NCBI RefSeq assembly: GCF_000284455.1
Contig: NC_017039.1
Location: 2,280,001 to 2,312,000 of the forward strand
Reading direction: 5' to 3'
Source of the DNA: Synechocystis sp. PCC 6803 substr. PCC-P
GTDB taxonomy: Bacteria; Cyanobacteriota; Cyanobacteriia; Cyanobacteriales; Microcystaceae
Length of the DNA: 32,000 nt
Positions 29,203-32,000 of the stretch are shown one piece after another. Each line of letters opens with the position of its first letter. Position 1 is the stretch's first letter. The notes under the pieces are model-generated. The model was given only the letters and a program-made list of their open reading frames with translations, was not told the origin of the DNA and did no database searches. A program made the translations under genes and the position numbers.

Positions 29203-30321
29203 TTAACGAGGTTTTTGCTCGGAACGATAAAAGAGCTTTTTCACAACTTTTATGCCATAAGTTTTACCCCGAACTTCCACTTCCAATTCCTGGCCCACTT
29301 TGGCCAGTTCCGTGGGGACGTAACCCAAGGCGATCGCCTTTTGCAGGGTAGGAGAAAGGGTGCCACTGGTGACAATGCCCATAATTTCGCCGTTGTGGAG
29401 AATAGGATAATCATGGCGGGCAATTTGTTTTGCCAACATCTCCAAGCCCACTAAACGTTTTTCCACTCCATTGGCTTTTTGTTCTGTCAACACCGCACGA
29501 CCAATGAAATCCCCTTTACTATCAAGGTGTACCAACCAACCCAAACCTGCTTCCAGGGGCGTTGTTTCGTCATTCATATCCTGTCCATACAAACCCATGC
29601 CAGCTTCCAACCGTAAGGTATCCCTGGCTCCTAAACCGCAGGGAGTAACACCTTTTGACCCGAAAGTTTGCCAGAGTTGTTTTCCCACTTCTGGGGAAAC
29701 CATAATTTCGAAGCCATCTTCCCCGGTATAACCAGTACGGGCAATGAAGGCTTTTTCCCTGAGAAATTCTGCTTCCAAATGGCCAAAGGCGGGTAATTCA
29801 CCTAAATTCTGATCCACTAAAGGCTGCAAAATTGTAAGTGCCTCTGGGCCTTGGAGGGCAATTAAAACCTTTTCCCTGGATAAATCTTGAAAATCAATCT
29901 CTTCAGGTAAATGCTCCAGTAACCACTGCTTATCCTTGACCGTCGTGGCGGCATTAACAATTAAAGTTACCCGTTCTTGTCCTTCTGGGTTTTTGCCCTG
30001 GTCATAAACAATAATGTCATCAATGATTCCCCCTTGGGCATTCAACAACACAGTGTACTGGGCTTTACCGGGAGTTAAACGGTCTAAATCTGAAGGCACT
30101 AAACTTTGCAATGCTGCCAAAACCTTCTGTCCAGTCAGGACAAACTTCCCCATATGGGAAATATCAAACATCCCCACCTTTTCCCGCACCGCTTGGTGTT
30201 CCTGTTTTAGCCCAGCAAATTGTACCGGCATTTCCCAACCCCCAAAGGTTGTGAGCTTGGTAGTTTGTTCCGTAATGAGGTTGTAAAGGGGAGTACGCAA
30301 GGCAGGGAAAAGATTGGCCAC
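29203..30321 (-). CDS. gcvT: Glycine cleavage system T protein (aminomethyltransferase)
   Basis: The product has TPLY...FGGWEMPVQF, GMFDISHMGKF, ARDTLRLEAGMGLYGQDM and a C-terminal GKTYGIKVVKKLFY-type tail. The start is uncertain, either the GTG at 30321 or the TTG at 30339. Confidence 0.92.
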   Translation of the reverse strand: MANLFPALRTPLYNLITEQTTKLTTFGGWEMPVQFAGLKQEHQAVREKVGMFDISHMGKFVLTGQKVLAALQSLVPSDLDRLTPGKAQYTVLLNAQGGIIDDIIVYDQGKNPEGQERVTLIVNAATTVKDKQWLLEHLPEEIDFQDLSREKVLIALQGPEALTILQPLVDQNLGELPAFGHLEAEFLREKAFIARTGYTGEDGFEIMVSPEVGKQLWQTFGSKGVTPCGLGARDTLRLEAGMGLYGQDMNDETTPLEAGLGWLVHLDSKGDFIGRAVLTEQKANGVEKRLVGLEMLAKQIARHDYPILHNGEIMGIVTSGTLSPTLQKAIALGYVPTELAKVGQELEVEVRGKTYGIKVVKKLFYRSEQKPR

Positions 30322-30396
30322 AATGGTTCCAGGAATCAAAAATCAAAGAAATCAGCAAGTCCTTTCTGCATAATAGATTTTTCCTAAAAAAAGCAC

Positions 30397-30424
30397 AAAA
30401 AATCCCCCTGGTTAAAGGAGGATT
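30397..30424 (-). terminator. Intrinsic terminator downstream of dnaK
   Basis: The minus-strand RNA reads AAUCCUCC-UUUAACCA-GGGGGAUU followed by UUUUGUGCUUUUUUU. It lies between the dnaK stop and the gcvT start. Confidence 0.65.
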
Positions 30425-30437
30425 ATCGAATCTGATT

Positions 30438-30460
30438 CCCCCAGTATTGGGGGCTAGGGG
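30438..30460. repeat. Short G/C hairpin related to the 28935-29012 element
   Basis: The sequence CCCCCAGTATTGGGGGCTAGGGG contains a C5/G5 hairpin plus the shared GGGGCTAGGGG motif. Confidence 0.4.
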
Positions 30461-30489
30461 ACTTTCAATACAGGTTTTAAAACCCAGAC

Positions 30490-32000
30490 CTATTTCTCCG
30501 GCTCAGAGAATTCCGCATCGATGACATCATCGCCACCGCCACTGCTAGTTCCCGCTTCAGGGCCAGCACCGGGAGCGCCTACCCCAGCCTCTGCTCCAGC
30601 CTGTTGGTACATATTGGAACCAATGCTGTAGAGAACCTGTTGTAGTTCCGGCATCACCGTTTGGATTTTGGCATCATCTTCCTGGGCTACAGCTTCCTTC
30701 AGGTCTTTGATTAAACCTTCCGCTTTGATTTTATCAGCGGCGGGCACTTTATCGCCCAACTCGGTGATTTGTTTTTCCGCTTGGTAAACGAGGGAATCCG
30801 CTTGGTTTTTGCGGTCAATTTTCTCCCGACGTTCTTTGTCAGCGGCGGCGTTGGATTCAGCTTCCTTCACCATCCGGTCTACTTCCGTATCAGGCAGGGT
30901 GGAAGCCCCGGTGATGCTGATGGACTGCTCCTTGCCCGTACCCCGGTCTTTAGCAGTGACATTCAAAATACCGTTGGCATCAATATCGAAAGTAACTTCG
31001 ATTTGAGGTACGCCCCGGGGAGCAGGGGGGATACCATCTAAGCGGAAGGTTCCCAAGCTCTTATTGTCATTGGCCATTTCCCGTTCCCCTTGGAGCACAT
31101 GGATTTCCACGTTGCTTTGACCGTCCACAGCGGTGGAGAAGGTTTCAGATTTTTTGGTGGGGATGGTGGTGTTGCGGGGAATGATTTTGGTCATGACGCC
31201 CCCTAGGGTTTCTACGCCCAAGGAGAGGGGAGAAACATCCAGGAGCAGAATGTCTTTGACTTCCCCAGAAAGTACACCCCCTTGGATAGCAGCTCCGACG
31301 GCCACTACTTCATCGGGGTTAACTCCTTGGTTGGGATCTTTGCCAAGAATTTTCTTTACCACTTCTTGCACGGCGGGAATCCGGGTGGAACCGCCAACAA
31401 GAACGATTTCATCCAGGGCAGATTTATCGATTTTGGCATCCCGAATGGCATTTTCCACGGGAATACCACAACGATCAATCAGGTCGGAGCAAATTTCTTC
31501 AAACTTGGCCCGGGACAGGGTGGTGTCTAGATGTTTAGGCCCATCCTGGGTGGCAGTGATGAAGGGCAGGTTAATTTCCGTTTGGCTCACGCCGGAAAGT
31601 TCGATTTTGGCTTTTTCGGCCGCTTCGGTTAACCGTTGTAGAGCTTGCTTATCCTTACGGAGGTCGATGCCCTCGGCCTTCTGGAATTCACCGGCCAGGA
31701 AATCGACAATTTTTTTGTCGAAGTCGTCCCCTCCCAGATGGGTATCCCCAGAGGTGGCTAATACTTCAAATACCCCTTCCCCTACTTCGAGGATGGAGAC
31801 GTCAAAAGTACCGCCCCCTAGGTCAAACACCAGAATGGTTTCGTTATCCTTTTTATCCAGACCGTAGGCTAGGGAGGCAGCGGTGGGCTCGTTAATAATT
31901 CTCAGGACTTCGATCCCGGCGATTTTACCCGCATCTTTGGTGGCTTGCCGTTGGGAGTCGTTAAAGTAGGCAGGAACGGTGATGACGGCTTGGGTAACGG
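30490..32000 (-). CDS. dnaK2: Hsp70 chaperone DnaK. The N-terminal part lies beyond the window end.
   Basis: The frame stays open upstream of the listed Met and translates to ...[46 protein letters not shown]...[12 protein letters not shown]. The substrate-binding and lid domains are canonical, with a Gly-rich acidic tail. I recall it as sll0170, next to gcvT. Confidence 0.95.
   Translation of the reverse strand, partial: VTQAVITVPAYFNDSQRQATKDAGKIAGIEVLRIINEPTAASLAYGLDKKDNETILVFDLGGGTFDVSILEVGEGVFEVLATSGDTHLGGDDFDKKIVDFLAGEFQKAEGIDLRKDKQALQRLTEAAEKAKIELSGVSQTEINLPFITATQDGPKHLDTTLSRAKFEEICSDLIDRCGIPVENAIRDAKIDKSALDEIVLVGGSTRIPAVQEVVKKILGKDPNQGVNPDEVVAVGAAIQGGVLSGEVKDILLLDVSPLSLGVETLGGVMTKIIPRNTTIPTKKSETFSTAVDGQSNVEIHVLQGEREMANDNKSLGTFRLDGIPPAPRGVPQIEVTFDIDANGILNVTAKDRGTGKEQSISITGASTLPDTEVDRMVKEAESNAAADKERREKIDRKNQADSLVYQAEKQITELGDKVPAADKIKAEGLIKDLKEAVAQEDDAKIQTVMPELQQVLYSIGSNMYQQAGAEAGVGAPGAGPEAGTSSGGGDDVIDAEFSEPEK

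Noticed and set aside
26085-29330. Absence of perfect HIP1 sites as evidence that the exported-protein, Vgb-like and binding-protein cluster was horizontally acquired.
   Set aside because: Gaps of similar length occur over the undoubtedly native apcE gene and over 16230-19775, so HIP1 absence alone does not discriminate. A proper compositional analysis is needed.
30340-30489. A possible glycine riboswitch upstream of gcvT.
   Set aside because: I read the minus-strand leader and found none of the conserved glycine-aptamer elements (GGAGAG ... CACCG ... CUCUGGAGAG-type cores). The region is instead explained by the dnaK terminator hairpin and a short G/C repeat.
31133-31867. A 244-aa plus-strand ORF antisense to dnaK, plus smaller ones at 30769-31041, 30809-31006 and 31282-31530.
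   Set aside because: This is the antisense shadow of a highly conserved Hsp70 gene. The product is Ser/Arg/Pro-rich with no domain signature.

Overview
This window looks like cyanobacterial chromosome, almost certainly Synechocystis sp. PCC 6803 or a very close relative. The octamer GCGATCGC (HIP1) is heavily over-represented, and many products are recognisable: PsaC, NdhD1, ApcE, CcmP, Ycf37, InrS, PedR, GcvT and DnaK2. Locus tags quoted below are from memory and unverified. Coding density is high, with about 33 CDS. I found no rRNA, tRNA, CRISPR array or intact mobile element.

Most of the window is core photosynthesis and housekeeping:
- the 3' end of an iron ABC permease, a low-molecular-weight tyrosine phosphatase and a ROK kinase
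- psaC arranged divergently from ndhD1
- apcE, a GH57 glycosidase and a Gfo/Idh/MocA oxidoreductase
- the satellite carboxysome gene ccmP with ycf37 and a CBS-pair gene
- gcvT and dnaK2

I see no clear-cut novel multi-gene system. The best leads for follow-up are:
1. A full-length large-serine-recombinase-like gene whose catalytic Arg/Asp/Arg residues appear substituted. It sits 20 bp downstream of the nickel sensor gene inrS.
2. An unbroken run of same-strand genes: unknown exported protein, Vgb-like beta-propeller, orphan solute-binding protein, COG2509-type flavoprotein, then a type II toxin-antitoxin pair.
3. An orphan NurA-like nuclease carrying a Cys-rich insert.
4. A 643-aa DUF4114-tailed protein with no signal peptide.
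5. An islet of three small exported proteins, one with an exact 11-residue acidic (D/E)3-G-N repeat.
6. Small G/C-hairpin MITE-like repeats.
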